Positions 23,061 through 35,646 are shown, numbered from the stretch's first letter. The stretch: DNA of 41,448 nucleotides from Dimargaris cristalligena (GCA_003614675.1 ML002328.1:1-41448), one strand, 5' to 3'. Notes: generated by a model from the letters alone, not told the origin. Made by a program: numbers and translations.

Positions 23061-24197
23061 CTAAAGGGCATCCTCCTGCTTCATGTCAGCAACCTTACGG
23101 CGGAACAGAGCCTCGGCCTCGGTCCAAACCCGGGCGGAATGGCGCTCGGGAAGCTCCAGCAGCGAAGGCAGGAGGTCGGTGGAAAAGGCGTGGCTGCTCT
23201 CGCGCGGCAACATAGTGGGGAGGTGATCAATGGCCACAATATCCACGGGCTTTTGGCTGGGGTGCTGGGTGGGCACGGCCAGGGTGGGATGATCAAAGGT
23301 AGTATTGACATTGTAAAAGGGGATGGGGTTGTTGGGGTTGGTGGTGTCACAGCTCACATCCACAATGACGGACAACTGGCGGCTAGGGGCATCCAACTGC
23401 GCCTGGGTGACAAAAGGGGGGATCTTGTGGGTCAGATAGATGCAGTTGACAAAGATGTCGCTGTCGACAATTTCGTGGAAGGGGCCTCCCTTGGCGGTTT
23501 CGGCCATGTCCCACTTGAGGAGCTGGTCCTCGGGGATACCCACCTTGCGGGCCAGGTCCAAAGCACCCCGGCCGCAGCGGCCCAAGGCACCAATGACCAT
23601 GAGCCGCGGGTAGCGACCGACGCGGGCGACGGTGGCTTGGAGTTTGGCACGCAACTCGCTGATCAGGGCATCCTCGTTGGGGTACGGCTTAACGACGGGG
23701 AACGGCTGGGCGGCCTGGGCGCTGTGCTGGTGGCACCACACGTCGATGCCAACGGCGGCACCCGCGAAACCAGCGTGGAACCCAAACGCGGCCACCCGCC
23801 GGCCGTTGCTGTCATTGAGGAACTCTAGGTCCAGGAGGGTACCCTGGCCCCGGTCAAAGCGACCGAGCACCTCCTTCCAGCCCCCCTGGTTCTTGAAGCA
23901 GTGCGCGAACATGATGTGGGCGTGGGGCAGGGGGGACTCGTCGTTCTCAGGCAGCTCCTTCAGACCGGTAATGTAGGCGTCCTTAGGGGCCTCCGTCTTC
24001 CATAGACCGCCGGGGACCAGGGTGCATCCAGCCTGGGCGTATTCGGCATCGTCGAAGATGCGCTGTTCCGAGCGTTCAACAGTCACTTGGAAGCCGCGGG
24101 CCAGTAGCTGGCAGCACACGTCGGGCGAAAGGGCAGCGCGGTGCTCAAAGGGCTTGGTCTCTTCACGGAGCCAAATGTGAGTAGGGGAGGCGACCAT
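23061..24197 (-). CDS. LYS1: Saccharopine dehydrogenase [NAD+, L-lysine-forming] (378 aa)
   Basis: HIWLREETKPFEHRAALSP, GLKELPE, HIMFAHCFKNQGGW, LLDLEFL, GRRVAAFGFHAGFAG, VIGALGRCGRGA, DVSCDTTNPNNP, IDHLPTMLPRESS; intronless. Confidence 0.97.
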   Translation of the reverse strand: MVASPTHIWLREETKPFEHRAALSPDVCCQLLARGFQVTVERSEQRIFDDAEYAQAGCTLVPGGLWKTEAPKDAYITGLKELPENDESPLPHAHIMFAHCFKNQGGWKEVLGRFDRGQGTLLDLEFLNDSNGRRVAAFGFHAGFAGAAVGIDVWCHQHSAQAAQPFPVVKPYPNEDALISELRAKLQATVARVGRYPRLMVIGALGRCGRGALDLARKVGIPEDQLLKWDMAETAKGGPFHEIVDSDIFVNCIYLTHKIPPFVTQAQLDAPSRQLSVIVDVSCDTTNPNNPIPFYNVNTTFDHPTLAVPTQHPSQKPVDIVAIDHLPTMLPRESSHAFSTDLLPSLLELPERHSARVWTEAEALFRRKVADMKQEDAL

Positions 24198-24355
24198 AAT
24201 AGGCAAAACGGGTATGTTGGGGGAAAATAGAGATATGAGGGGTAGGAAAATGGGAGGACCGTGCCAAATAAGGGCACCGGCGGCAGAATGTAGTAATAAA
24301 AGAGCGGGTGGTTCAAATATCGTCTAATAGAGGCGAGGGGGGAACAGGGCCGGTG

Positions 24356-24386
<31 letters not shown>

Positions 24387-25783
24387 ACGAAAATCGGCAG
24401 TGGTTCGGTTTAGTTTAGCTGGTGGGGGGGAGGACACTGAGCTAAGGAGCTATAATAGTTGGGGGAGTTGGAGCCAAAAGGTTCAAAAACCACTGAAAGT
24501 CACAGGGCAGAAGATACTGAAAAAGTGGGCGGTTGGGTTGGACAAGGGATCCACAAGTGGGGTATAACTTGCTGAAAGGACGGAAAGGAAGAAAACCAAA
24601 TGGGAAACTGACGTAGTAGTTAGTTAATATAAAAGAAAACGGGAAAGAGCCGGAAGAGTCAGCTCAAGGGCCTTTTAAATAGAGCGCATATAGAAAGAGA
24701 GAGAGATTTTATATTGACTGGCTCTGCTACCAAATTGGCTGGCATTTACTCTTCTGGTACTCCTCCCCCCGCCATTGGCCTCGCTAGCAAGCTGCCCACT
24801 CACTTGACCCTTAGCTAACTTACTTAATAAGAGGGTACTTGGTCGTATCTCTCTCTCTCTGTCTATAAGCTGCCTATAAGCTGCCTAGGCCCAACCCCCC
24901 CACACACCACAAGTCTACTGGAATCAGCTTCATGATGATTCATTATATAATTTTTATATAGCATTCCCCCCTCCACAGTCACACTAACTGTACCATATTA
25001 TAGTGTGATTCCCCTACGAAGCTAGAGGGATGGCCAACCAAGATGACTAATTAGGCAAAAATGGCACCAACCCATCTGCTTCCTCCATTATGTCTGTCCG
25101 TCTATCCCATTGGTAAGGTACACTGTGATTGGCTCCCAAACACTGTCCATGTTGCTGCGCTTCATGGCCCTGAACCCCCCCAACATATGCCACGAAAAGG
25201 TGTGCAAACTAATAACCAATTCTTCCAGAGACCACCGCACTCAATGTTCGGAAGACCAAAAGAAATACCACCGCCACAAAATAATAACTTAACCCGACGG
25301 CCGGGCTCTTCAAATCTTTATTGTTAAGGACAAACCGACTCACAAGGAAACACTATATAGTCATTGCATAGACTCCAATAATACAGAAGTGATCACCTCA
25401 TATAAAACTGCTTAAAAATATTTACTCAAAGTTCAGCGGGGTGAGTGAAATCTCAGGTTCATCGAGGATAGTGACATAATAATAATGATAATGGTAATAA
25501 TAATTATAGGATTTGGTAATGCAGACTCAAAGGACTTCCCGAAAGGCTATAGAAACTGAACCTGAAACTGATTAAACAATATGTATGGTTGCATAGGAAG
25601 CGGTGATAATGGGCTGAATGCCACCCGAATAGCCAGTCCCACCAAAAAAATTAAAGATGGAGCTATGGTAAGGTTAAATGGCCCCTCCTAGTCCTTTGTA
25701 AACTGGAGGAAGCCACTGGTCCGGACTATATCGGGTCTGGGGATAGTGATGTTCTAGGAAATACTCGTTAACGGCCTAATATT

Positions 25784-28700
25784 TTAATCGGATACCTCAA
25801 AGATAGGCTCCACATTGGTCCACTTATCCTTGCCTTCGCTAACCTGCTCGCGCTCCTGCCAGTATTCGTGATTGAATTGCCAGAATGGCTCGTTAGTATC
25901 CGGTTCGATACTACGGCTAAACCACCGTGGCTGCCAGGGTCCTATCGATGGGTCCTCCTCCCGTTCGCGCCTCCGCGCCCGCTGGTGCTCTTCCAGTTGC
26001 GTTTTGAGGTCGCTGGCTTCATCATAATGCCCCTTCTCCATAGCTCGCTGATCGGGCCGGAAGCGGGAGTCGGTGGGGCATAGGTAATCGTCCAAGTGGT
26101 GGCTTACTTCGTTCAGGGTCACCGCAAACCGAGTCAGGTTGAAGGGCAGGGGTGGGTCGGGGAAGGGGGTGCCCCGCCAGAGCAGAATGGGCTTGCTCTT
26201 GGTGCTACTGGCAATACTCTGCACATCCGCGTCTGCCGCCAAGTCCTTTTCCGTCAGCGGCCCCTGCCGACTACCCTTATTAATGCGCCGCGCAATCAGC
26301 CGCTCGTTCCACTTGCCCGCCAGCTCCCACTGCTCGTTGCCCTGGGCATCCTTGGTCTTGCCCTCCAAGACATACAAATTATTGCCCCGCCAGCCGTTCT
26401 GCTTAAACGTCAGGCGGCAGGTCTCTCCCGTGCGGTGGTTCACCACGTCCATGTCACCGTAGTGCTCCATCCAGGGGCTACCCGCAATGAGACCCTGGAC
26501 GGAGGTAATGACCTTCTTCCACGAGTAGTGTTCGATAAAGAAGCCGCCTTCCCGGTCAATGACTTTCGGTTGGGCCGGATCCTGGGGGTCAAGCATATGG
26601 AGGGGGACCTTGAGCTCCACGTGCGATATCCCCAGCGGGCAAATCTCAAACGATTTACCGTAGAACTTGGACTTGACGTTGACCTCGGCATAGAAGTTGT
26701 AGTTGGGTCCGTCGCAGTAGCACGCGCTAATCGGGGGGTGGTGGGACACTTGTTCGGAGACGTACCGGTAGGTCTTATCCGGTCGCACATATTCGAACGT
26801 TTCGCCCAGAAGGGGGTTAAAAGGTTTGGCTATCCGGCCCATGGTCGACGAGTAGTTACTCATGGCCCAAGCCGTCACGAACAGAATCCGCTCGGAGCTG
26901 TGACTGTGGCGCACCGCCATATCAAGCAGTTCGCTGTACTCCATATCCTCAGCCATGCGCTGCAACATCGAGTTGGGTTCGTTGAACACCACAGGCATGG
27001 AGATTTTGGTCAAGTCCTTGCCGATGGAGTTCTTGAGGATCGACCAGAACGAGATGGCGGGGGGCTTGTCGCAACCGGGTCCGAGTTCAGTTCGGAAGTT
27101 ACCCTCCGGAGGATAGCCCCTGTAGGAGCTGGCAATGTACACCTGGGACCCTGGCGTCACATTGGTCACGGAGCCAGCGGGCTCGTCCTCCAAAATATCC
27201 GGAACTAGCTCGCCCACATCCTCGGCATCGTAGAATTGGTCATCATCCTCGTCCTCCTCATCAATAACAAAGGCATCAAGGGGTTGGGCAGCACCCGCGA
27301 AGGGACTATTGGCAGGCTCGCCTTGGGGAGCGGCACGGGGTACTTCGGCGGCAGTCGACGGTGCGGGCTCGGTCACCTGCGGCACGGCGGCGGGGATATC
27401 CACCGCAGGTGACGACACCGTGGGGGTCCGGCCCAGTCGCTGCTGCTTCGTGCGCTGACGTTGGGCACGCATCACCTTCTCCAGTTGGTCCTGCTCCAGA
27501 ATCAGGGATCGGAAGCTTTCGGCCAGTACATTCTGCCGCTCCGTCTCCCTTTGGTATTGGTTCAACCAAAACTGTTCCCGGTCGCGGCCCATTTGCACGG
27601 TTTCGCGTAAGATTTGCCGAATGTCGGCGACCGAGCGTTTGTAGGCCATGGCCAGTTTCTGGGCCGTGGCCGGGGCCGAACTGGACAGAGTGGCAATGGT
27701 GGCTTCGAAGAGCTGTTCCTGGGCTACCATTTGGGCATTGAGGGAGTTGATGTTGAGGTCCAGGGTCTCCTCATGGGGAGGCACGGGGTGATCCTCGTTG
27801 GAGGACGTACTGTCGGCTTGGGAGATCTGGTCAGCCCCGGGGAAGCTGTTAGAGCGACGGCTAGCCTCGTCCTGGCTAGTGGTTGGGCCGTCGGCCTCCG
27901 AAGCAATCGATTTAGTCTCCATGGGGCGGTCGGTGGCGGGGGACGCCCGGAAGCCCGAGGTGGACATATTGGGATGGGTTCCCGTGGCCCCCGCACGACG
28001 GGTGGCTAGGGTGAGGTTATCGGTCGACTTGTGGGGGATGGTCTCAAGGGCCCACTGCTTAGACTGGGTCAGAGCTAGGATCCACCGCTTGGCTTCCACG
28101 GGCAGCTCAGCGCGGAGGCGGTAGCGTACCGATCCCTTGCCCTGTACTTCAAAGTTACCCTGGTCCTTGGCGTCGAAGTTGATGGTGGCAATCTTCAGAT
28201 TAATGGCGCCACGACAAGCATTGCTCGCGTCATCCTTGTCCTTGTAATAGGACAGCACGCCGTTCTCTAGAACGAAGTAGCGGCGTTTGTAGCCTGAGGC
28301 AAAGTTGGTCCATTTGAGAAGGTAGCCCTGCAGACGAGGGGCTTTGCCGGGGGAGGTGGGGCGCAGGGCCACCACCGGGGCATGCTCCAGGACATTGAGG
28401 GTCCGGGCATCGGTGGTTAGCTCGGCGGGGAGCTTGCCGTTTTCGTTACGCACAAATACATCGGCACCCCGGCTGCACCACCACTTGACCAGCTCAAAAT
28501 TTTTGGTCTCGACGGCCTCATGTAGGACGGTATTCCCGTTATTCTCTAGGTTGGGGGTATTAATGTCAACTAGTTTTTGAAAGCGGATGTTCTGGAACAG
28601 CCGGTCGAGCCCCACCAAATTGCCCTTCAGGGTCATGTCATGCATAGACTCTACGCTCTTGCTGACAAAGTCCAGGCGGTTGCCCTTGATCAACTCCGCC

Positions 28701-29732
28701 ACGTCGGGAGACTTGGCGATACGAATGGGGTCCCGGCCGTCGTGGTCGATGATCAGATCATCGATATCGGGCTGGTTTAGGAGGAGTCGAACGACCTCGC
28801 CCCGGCCGGTTTTGGCGGCATGATGGAGGGCGGTCCAGCCGTAGTTGTCCTGGCAGTTGAGGAGGTCGGGGGATTGGAGAGACAGAATAAACTCGATGGT
28901 GGACCGGGACGCGAATTGGATGGCCAGGTGGAGCGGAGTCACTTGGGAAGGGGACGGACCCACCGGAGAAGGGGCGGCACCCTGCTGAGGGCTGTCGGCG
29001 CGGTGGTCGTCGGACCAGTCCCTCAGGGCCTGGGTCAGTTCGGTCTGGTTGCCTAATAGCACGGAGAAGTATTCGTAAAGATGGGGAAAAAGAGTCGGTA
29101 AAGAGGCGTGAGTCGCGGGGATTGGAAGGGTTTTAGAGAGGGCCGGGCGAACCCTGACGAGGGTGCCCATGCATCACCCAATTAGCGTGATCAAACAATA
29201 GAACATCTCGACGGGTAGGCTGATCAAAGGGATCACTCTACTTTGCCCGTTTCAATCTACTATATTCAGCCCATCCATCAACAACTCCTCTATACAAGGA
29301 AAGAACAGCCCACAGGAAGGGAGGGGGGTACAGTTCTTAGGGACACTTACCAGAACGGAGGGCTTCGACTAGCTGGAATTTTTTGAGAGCCAGGTCGGAG
29401 ACTAAAAACGGCGAGAGGGGTAGCATACCATACAAATCAAATCAACAGAGGGTTATAGTCCAATGTGTATATTAGGGACCGATTACAGGTGAATTACAGT
29501 GTCACGGGGTAGAACCATCGATGGTTGCGCACGTGTAGACCCAGGCCCTTCATTCCTAGGGGGGGATGGTACAGGAACACCGCCACAAGCCCGAAGGCGC
29601 GCTCCAAGATGAATAAGGGTTATATGTATATATCAACAGAGACGAGGGGGGCAGGTGCCACTTACCCTGGCTTTTTCGCCGTTCACCGGTATCGCCGGGA
29701 AGAACGAGCGAAGGGGACGTGGCGTCGCTCAT
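25784..29732 (-). CDS. OSH1: Oxysterol-binding protein Osh1/Osh2 (Swh1)-type with ankyrin, PH, FFAT and ORD; exons 29732-29666, 29401-29351, 29052-25784 (1128 aa)
   Basis: Ankyrin repeats (TPLHLA, TALHHAA, TVLHEA); PH domain (GYLLKWTNFASGYKRRYFVL); FFAT-like QFYDAED after an acidic tract; ORD with EQVSHHPP and DSRFRPDQR. Both upstream exons have gtaagt donors and tag acceptors and join in phase 1: MSDATSP...SQV SDLALKKFQLVEALRSG NQTEL. Confidence 0.93.
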
Positions 29733-30796
29733 GGGAGGCCAGGAATTGAGCAGACGAAGAATAGGGTGGAGACGGCTGGGAGTAGTATAGAGTTCCCTTG
29801 ACGACGCGGAAGGAATTAAAAGGAAAGGATAAAGATGCGGACAGAGTCTGCTGAAGAGAAGAGGGAAAACATATAATAGAAGGAGGAAGGAGAAAGAAGA
29901 GAGGCAGATGAGGTAGAGCAGCTCGGTGGTGGATAACAAAGAGACGAGTCGGGACGGGAAACGATGCTGTGGCAGTGAATGCATTCATCGGTGCATACAC
30001 TCACGAGTCTCTAGGCTTAGGGTTGCGCCCCTGTCGCCTCCCCAACCTGTTAATCATGCCACCCCACTCCAGCGCCAATCTGGGAACCCTGTAATAACGC
30101 CCGAGAAAACAATAACCGCCGGCAAAGGAAAGGAGAGGAGGAGGACCTTGCAGGTCGGTTTCGCGTTTTGGTTGGTCTTGTTGGGCCCACCACATGAGCG
30201 ACCGTGGTCATTAGCCGCGGGTATTGAATTCCAACCGCCATCACTATACCTACAACTAATACTATAACCATAGCAAAGTCGGGGAGTTCCATCGTATCCG
30301 CCGTTGGAAAGGGAACCGGCCGACTGAAAATAACCGTGTTTCCCAGTCTGTATTGGAAAGCCCCACTGGCAAATGCCCGATTACTAGGAGTGGGTTTACG
30401 CTTGGCAATTAATTTTGGCATTCATTTTTGGGCTGGAGCCACTGCGCAGCAAAGGGCGCAACCGATCCCTACTCGAAATAGCTAACCCCTACTCTGCCTC
30501 ACGAAGTACCCCCTAATCTCTTGGGCCATAGTCATGCGACCTTTTTTAATATCCATCCAAACTCATGGGTGTACGAGGAATGTGGGGAGGGGGTATTGTC
30601 CGACGATGGTCCCCCAAATTACAATTACACCACCACGGTAGGGCCGGATAGAAAAAACCAGCTTATGGGGGTGTTCCAACTATACTTTATTATTTAGAGT
30701 AAGTAAACTAGTAAGTGGATGGGCTGGTCCCGCTAAACGGATACGGAAATAGAGGAATAATGAGGGACAGTAGGAAGTGTCCGTGAGAGCCTAAGG

Positions 30797-31258
30797 TTAA
30801 AGCTTGGAGATGCGCGTCTTCGAGGGCCACAGGGGCTTGTCCGTCTTTTTGGCCCGGAGCCGCCGCTGCTTAGCCTACAGGGTTTACAACAATAAGGCGT
30901 AGAAGGGATGGTTAGGGTTATTAGGCTGGGAAATGGTGAGTTGGCGGGGATAAATGATATTCCGGGTCAAAAGATGACCTGCACCGAAACAGACTAGGTG
31001 GCCCTCTGTGATTAGTGGGTTATAAGAGGTTAACGCAATATAATGGGAATAATTGTCCGGTTATGCCTTGTTATCAATATAACCCATCTGTTTTACCTTG
31101 AGCATGGTTTTGTTGCAGATAGTATTACGGGCAAACTTGTGGTTCTTGGAGAGGGCTCGCAGTGGGGTGGTTGTCAACTCCAGGGCCGAGCGAAAAACCG
31201 ACTGGGGGGCAAGTTGGCCAAGGTTCAAGGCCGTTTGGAAACGCAGAATGAAGGACAT
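30797..31258 (-). CDS. Small basic protein (79 aa) with mitochondrial-presequence-like N-terminus; exons 31258-31097 and 30874-30797
   Basis: Donor AAG|gtaaaa, branch CTAAC (plus-strand gttag 30911-30915), acceptor ctgtag|, phase 0. Product: MSFILRFQTALNLGQLAPQSVFRSALELTTTPLRALSKNHKFARNTICNKTMLK-AKQRRLRAKKTDKPLWPSKTRISKL*. Exon 2 has the C/G-ending codon bias of neighbouring genes. Confidence 0.7.
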
Positions 31259-31823
31259 GGTCGAGAGAATAGCAATCTATATATTGCGATTGTGGGAGAT
31301 CCAAGCTGGGGTGGAATAGGAGGTGCACTCAGGCAACAGGGGAGGAAAAGGGCAAGTAACTATTATTCAGGGAAAGTACAGCAAGGCTGGATTATGCTAT
31401 ATATAAAATGGGTATCTGATTTTTAAACCAAAAGGAAACTCGTTAGAAACATGGCCTATTCTTGAAGTTAGATGGTATTTGCTGGCATGTGGGGGATTCG
31501 GGGCCAACGAGGGAGGGGCACGCTCTCATAACCCGTCTGCATTAAGCCTGTTACAAAACTCTTACATAGTGGGTGAGGGGACTTACCGTCCCATGGGCAG
31601 ATCCGCTAACTAACCTACTTACTTACTTACTCCCCAGATCAGTTTTACAAGGGCGGTCTCTCTCCAGGTGAATCGACTCCACACCATATATACCCACTTC
31701 CCCATTTATTTTAACCGATTTGCCCCTACTAGGCTCTTTGCTTTTGGGTGGATCTCTCAACCGTTGTGCCCACTAACCCCCTACTTTATTGGATTCCCCA
31801 ATCTTTCGATTCCCTCTTCGCCC

Positions 31824-32594
31824 ATGTCCATGCGCCTGTGGAAGTCCCTCGCCCTGCGACCGGTTCGGCTGGGCGCCGGCCCAGTAGGCCAGCGTTTTTC
31901 AACCTCCAATGGCCCCCAGTGGTCCCGTAAGAAGAGGTACCAGACCGCCATCCGTGAGCTTGAAGAGCCCGCCTGGCTAGACGAGATGCCGGGCAAACAT
32001 CTGGGCGAGCTGACCCGCCCCGGTCAGATGCTGTGGCTCAATGTACGCGAGGTGGAAAAGTACATTCACAAGCTAAAGACGGAGGTCCCCCAGCTAGCCG
32101 TCCACGCCCGGCCGGCCCCCGCGAGCGTGACCGGGAGCGAGGCCTACGTGGCCCCCCGCGTACGCGAGCGCACGGCCCTGGCTGTACCTACCGTGGACCC
32201 CGCCAACCCCGTCCTTCGTTTCCGGAGTGCCAATTACGCCCTAGAGACCAACCACAGCCGTCAGCAAGGCATGATCCTAACCGTCTCGCTCCCCCAGTTG
32301 CAACTTACCGACCCGCAGCACCATAAACTCAAGCTGCTGGTCGGGGTCGAGGCCTACCGCTTTGAATCGGAGGAGCTGGTGCTCGGCTGCAACGACTTTA
32401 GCACCCGGGCCGAGAACAAATCCCATCTGGTCCAGATTCTCCGCAACCTCCTTCAAGAAGTCCGGGAAAACTCGGACATGTTTACTGACGTACCTGCCCC
32501 GTCGGTGGGCTACCTCCGCCGCAAGAAGTTCGCCATGAAGAGCCTACGCTTCCCCGCTGAGTGGGTTCGGCCCAAGGCCACCCCGGGGGTTTAA
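31824..32594 (+). CDS. RSM24: Mitochondrial ribosomal small-subunit protein mS35 (Rsm24 / MRP-S28 domain), 256 aa
   Basis: Presequence-like MSMRLWKSLALRPVRL...QRFST; EVEKYIHKLKTEVPQL, VLRFRS..Y, QHHKLKLLVG..Y, CNDFSTRAENKSHL..IL..LL.E, D.F.DVP and FPAEW match the mS35 pattern. Confidence 0.85.
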   Translation: MSMRLWKSLALRPVRLGAGPVGQRFSTSNGPQWSRKKRYQTAIRELEEPAWLDEMPGKHLGELTRPGQMLWLNVREVEKYIHKLKTEVPQLAVHARPAPASVTGSEAYVAPRVRERTALAVPTVDPANPVLRFRSANYALETNHSRQQGMILTVSLPQLQLTDPQHHKLKLLVGVEAYRFESEELVLGCNDFSTRAENKSHLVQILRNLLQEVRENSDMFTDVPAPSVGYLRRKKFAMKSLRFPAEWVRPKATPGV

Positions 32595-33479
32595 AGTTTT
32601 GCCGTGACTTCCCTGGAAATAGATATTTACGCCCGTTTTATTTTCACATTTATTTTTATTCTTATTTCCTATTCTTCGTAACTCTAAGTAAAGGCTCAGT
32701 CAATGGCGTCCACGTTGTTGTGTACAGTGCTAGACACCATTGATTTGGACGACTATTAAGAAGAATCGGGGGTGGTCATAGAGTAGCGGTAATGTTGCTC
32801 AATGTAAACAGGACAGTATAGTACCTGCTGATAATATTCCTTATGTACATAATCCGCAGATGGAAGCCAGTCAATATAGTCGTCGTAGCCTGGAGTGCGT
32901 TACCAATTTAAACACGATTAGGGCAACCGAGCTTTAGAGAAGCTGTTATCCCGCTTGAGACTAATCATGTTTGATGCCCCAGCCCTTCTTCACCGGGAGG
33001 CTGGTCCCGCACCCAGATATATTTAACGCAGCGTACCCTGCTGAATCCAAGGGATGTCGCTTTCTATGCGATAACCAAGAGAGTAAATGATCGGCGAGTG
33101 AGTATGGTGTAGTACGTATTATAATGAGAGGCCTCGATAGGGGGGGGGGTGGAACGGAAATATGCCTTTGGATAGAGCTGGTTGCCAGCGGCCTAAAGAG
33201 CCACTCCCCGGACTCTACTGGAGAGACACGCAACAGAGTCCTTGAATGTAAAGCCCCGGTTTTATTAGGGAACCTCCCCCATATTCCCCCAACACCACTA
33301 TCACACTATACTACTCCTTGCATGGCACTGAATTCGATCGATTCGCACCTCCGTAGTTATCCCTTCTTTTTTTCTCACTCTCTGTTTCTCTCGCTAGACC
33401 GGCTTCCATACCTAGATTCTTTGTCGGATTCACTCCCTCCTCATTTGCTAACTCGGATTCCAACCTAATTTTGATAAAA

Positions 33480-34698
33480 ATGTCGTTTGTTTCTCCGATC
33501 AGTCGTCCGTTGATCCGCGGTGCCGGACCTGTCACCACAATTGGTAAGTACTCTGGGTTCAGTGGTCTTCTTTCGCCCTCCCGCTACAAACACCGTCCCG
33601 TCCCCGGCCCTTTCTCTATAGCACCCTATACGCATAATTCTGGCTTACCTTGGCTGACTTGCAGACGCCCCAAGCACCTGCTTCAGGACCCATTGCATTG
33701 CTAACCGAATCTTACTTGATCTCACCCGATACCATCCGATACTTTCCATATTCGATAGGGCGTTGGGTCCACACCACCAGCCCGGTCACTGCCAAAGTAT
33801 CCCTCCGCAAACAAGAGATTCGGGCGTCGATTAAGAAGGCCCAGGAAGAGGCCGTCCTGCGCCGGGAGGAACGCCGCAAGCTAGTGGATACCCCGTTTTT
33901 AAATTCCCTGATTGACCCGCAAAAACTTTTCCAAAGTACTCTGGAGTCGTCCACCCGGGCCCCAATCGAAGAAGCGTCCGAAGCAGTACCCCGGGCCATC
34001 CTAGGGCTAACGACGGACGATCAAAAATTTCTGTTAGAATCGGTTCCCCAGGTTAAGTTGACCCACAGCAAATTGGCTAATGAGGATGATACGTGGGCGG
34101 CTCGGACGGCGGCGGAAAATGTTGCCAAAGTGCTGTCTTTGGAAAATGCGGGAAGCCCCGAGATCACCAAGTGGAATAAGCAGTTGGCCGTTCGCACTTT
34201 TGGTCGGAAGGAACACGACACGGGTAGCTCGGAAGTGCAAGGTAGGTCCAAGGATAGTTAGTTTAAAGGAGAGGAGCGTGTTTTGATGCTTAACCATATA
34301 TATATATGTATCAACGGTTAACTGCCCTTTTTAGGCCAGTTTGGTTTTATTTCGAAATCATGACTTATTGTCACCTATACTGAACTCGGCACACTCTCTG
34401 CAATCCTATTTTTTATATATTATTATTATTGACACGACGCATGTATTTACACCTCTCGCTAGCGGCTATCTGGACCATTCGCATCAATAATTTGAAACTT
34501 CACCTGCTGAAGAACCCGAAAGACAAGTACAATTGCCGCCGGTACATTATGCTTCAGCACAAGCGGGCTAAGATACTGCGCTACCTCAAGCGCTGCAGTC
34601 TGGAGCGCTACGCCAAATGTATTAAGCAGCTCGGCCTCCGACCTGAAATGGTGGAAGAGCAGATTAAGCCTATTTCCCGGGTGACAGAAGAAGAGTAG
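33480..34698 (+). CDS. MRPS28: Mitochondrial ribosomal protein uS15m (yeast Mrps28); exons 33480-33543, 33759-34241, 34463-34698 (260 aa)
   Basis: Both introns are phase 1 (gtaagt..gatag; gtaggt..ctag). The spliced product has the S15 signature DTGSSEVQAAIWTIRINNLKLHL.KNPKD...R......HKRAKILRYLKR and a presequence-like N-terminus. Confidence 0.92.
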
Positions 34699-35327
34699 CG
34701 CGTTTTATGGGGGTTTTCGTCTGGTTGTTGTTGGTTTTTTCGCGGGGACGCGTATCTCTATTTCGCCGGTGGGGGCACTCCGGGTCAACCCATTATGACA
34801 ATGGGGCCGAGTGGCTCGATTTCTATTTGTTTAGTGCATATCATTTTATTACATATAAACTGTACCGTTTCTGAACAAGTTCAAGTGTGATCAAAGGGGG
34901 TTACCGCTGACAATGGCGTTGGTGCTTCATCCTGATAAATGAGGCCTATTGTAATATTATATATTCTGGTGTATGATGAAGACGGCTCTTGATATATATA
35001 TATATATATATGATATAAATAGGTTGGTGGGCCGTTTCCCTCTGCCACCAATCCGATTCCTGGGTTGGGGAAGGAAAAACCACCCATGAGAGTGGTTCTA
35101 AGGGCCAATAAGTTATTATTCCCCCACCTATGAGGGTTTCAGAACCAGTTCAGATCGGCCCTTTGGTTCCACCTGGTTCGCATTCAGTACGGGTGGTGCA
35201 GTCCCGCTCTGCTCCTTCCCTTCTTTCTTAACCCCAGTTTGTTCTTACCCTTACGACTGTTTTTGGTCCGTAGTCGATTAGCTGTAACCAACTTTTTACT
35301 ATTTTACATAACTAACCCTACCTAACC

Positions 35328-35612
35328 ATGGCCGCTCTGCTCGAAAGTAACTGTCCGGAGTTGACGCTCCTGTCGCGGGGCAAAGTTCGGGATCTGTATG
35401 CAGTCGACGAGAAGTCGTTATTGTTCGTCGCCACCGACCGCATTAGCGCCTTTGACGTGGTTATGAAAACGGTACGTTTGCCGCCGGGTGCTTTACACTG
35501 ACAGTGCTCTGACGGGTTCGTCCCTATTTGACCTTTACTTATTATTGAATATATAATATATATATATATGGGTCTTTGAGGGTTTAGTATCTAGTGTCTG
35601 GTATTTAATTGA

Positions 35613-35646
<34 letters not shown>

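Noticed and set aside
23139-23828. 229-aa plus-strand ORF opposite LYS1
   Set aside because: Antisense shadow from GC3-biased codons; no recognisable motifs.
24863-24887. Tandem 11-mer CTATAAGCTGC x2 upstream of LYS1
   Set aside because: A simple local duplication; no evidence of function.
26096-27208. 370-aa plus-strand ORF opposite OSH1
   Set aside because: Antisense shadow of the ORD domain.
29053-29170. ORF-track N-termini of OSH1 (also those of ORFs 18771, 33650, 34429, 35609)
   Set aside because: Intronic read-through upstream of acceptor sites; replaced by the spliced models.
31139-31150. SKNH in the microprotein, resembling the eL29 N-terminus
   Set aside because: Four-residue match only; the following eL29 motif is absent.
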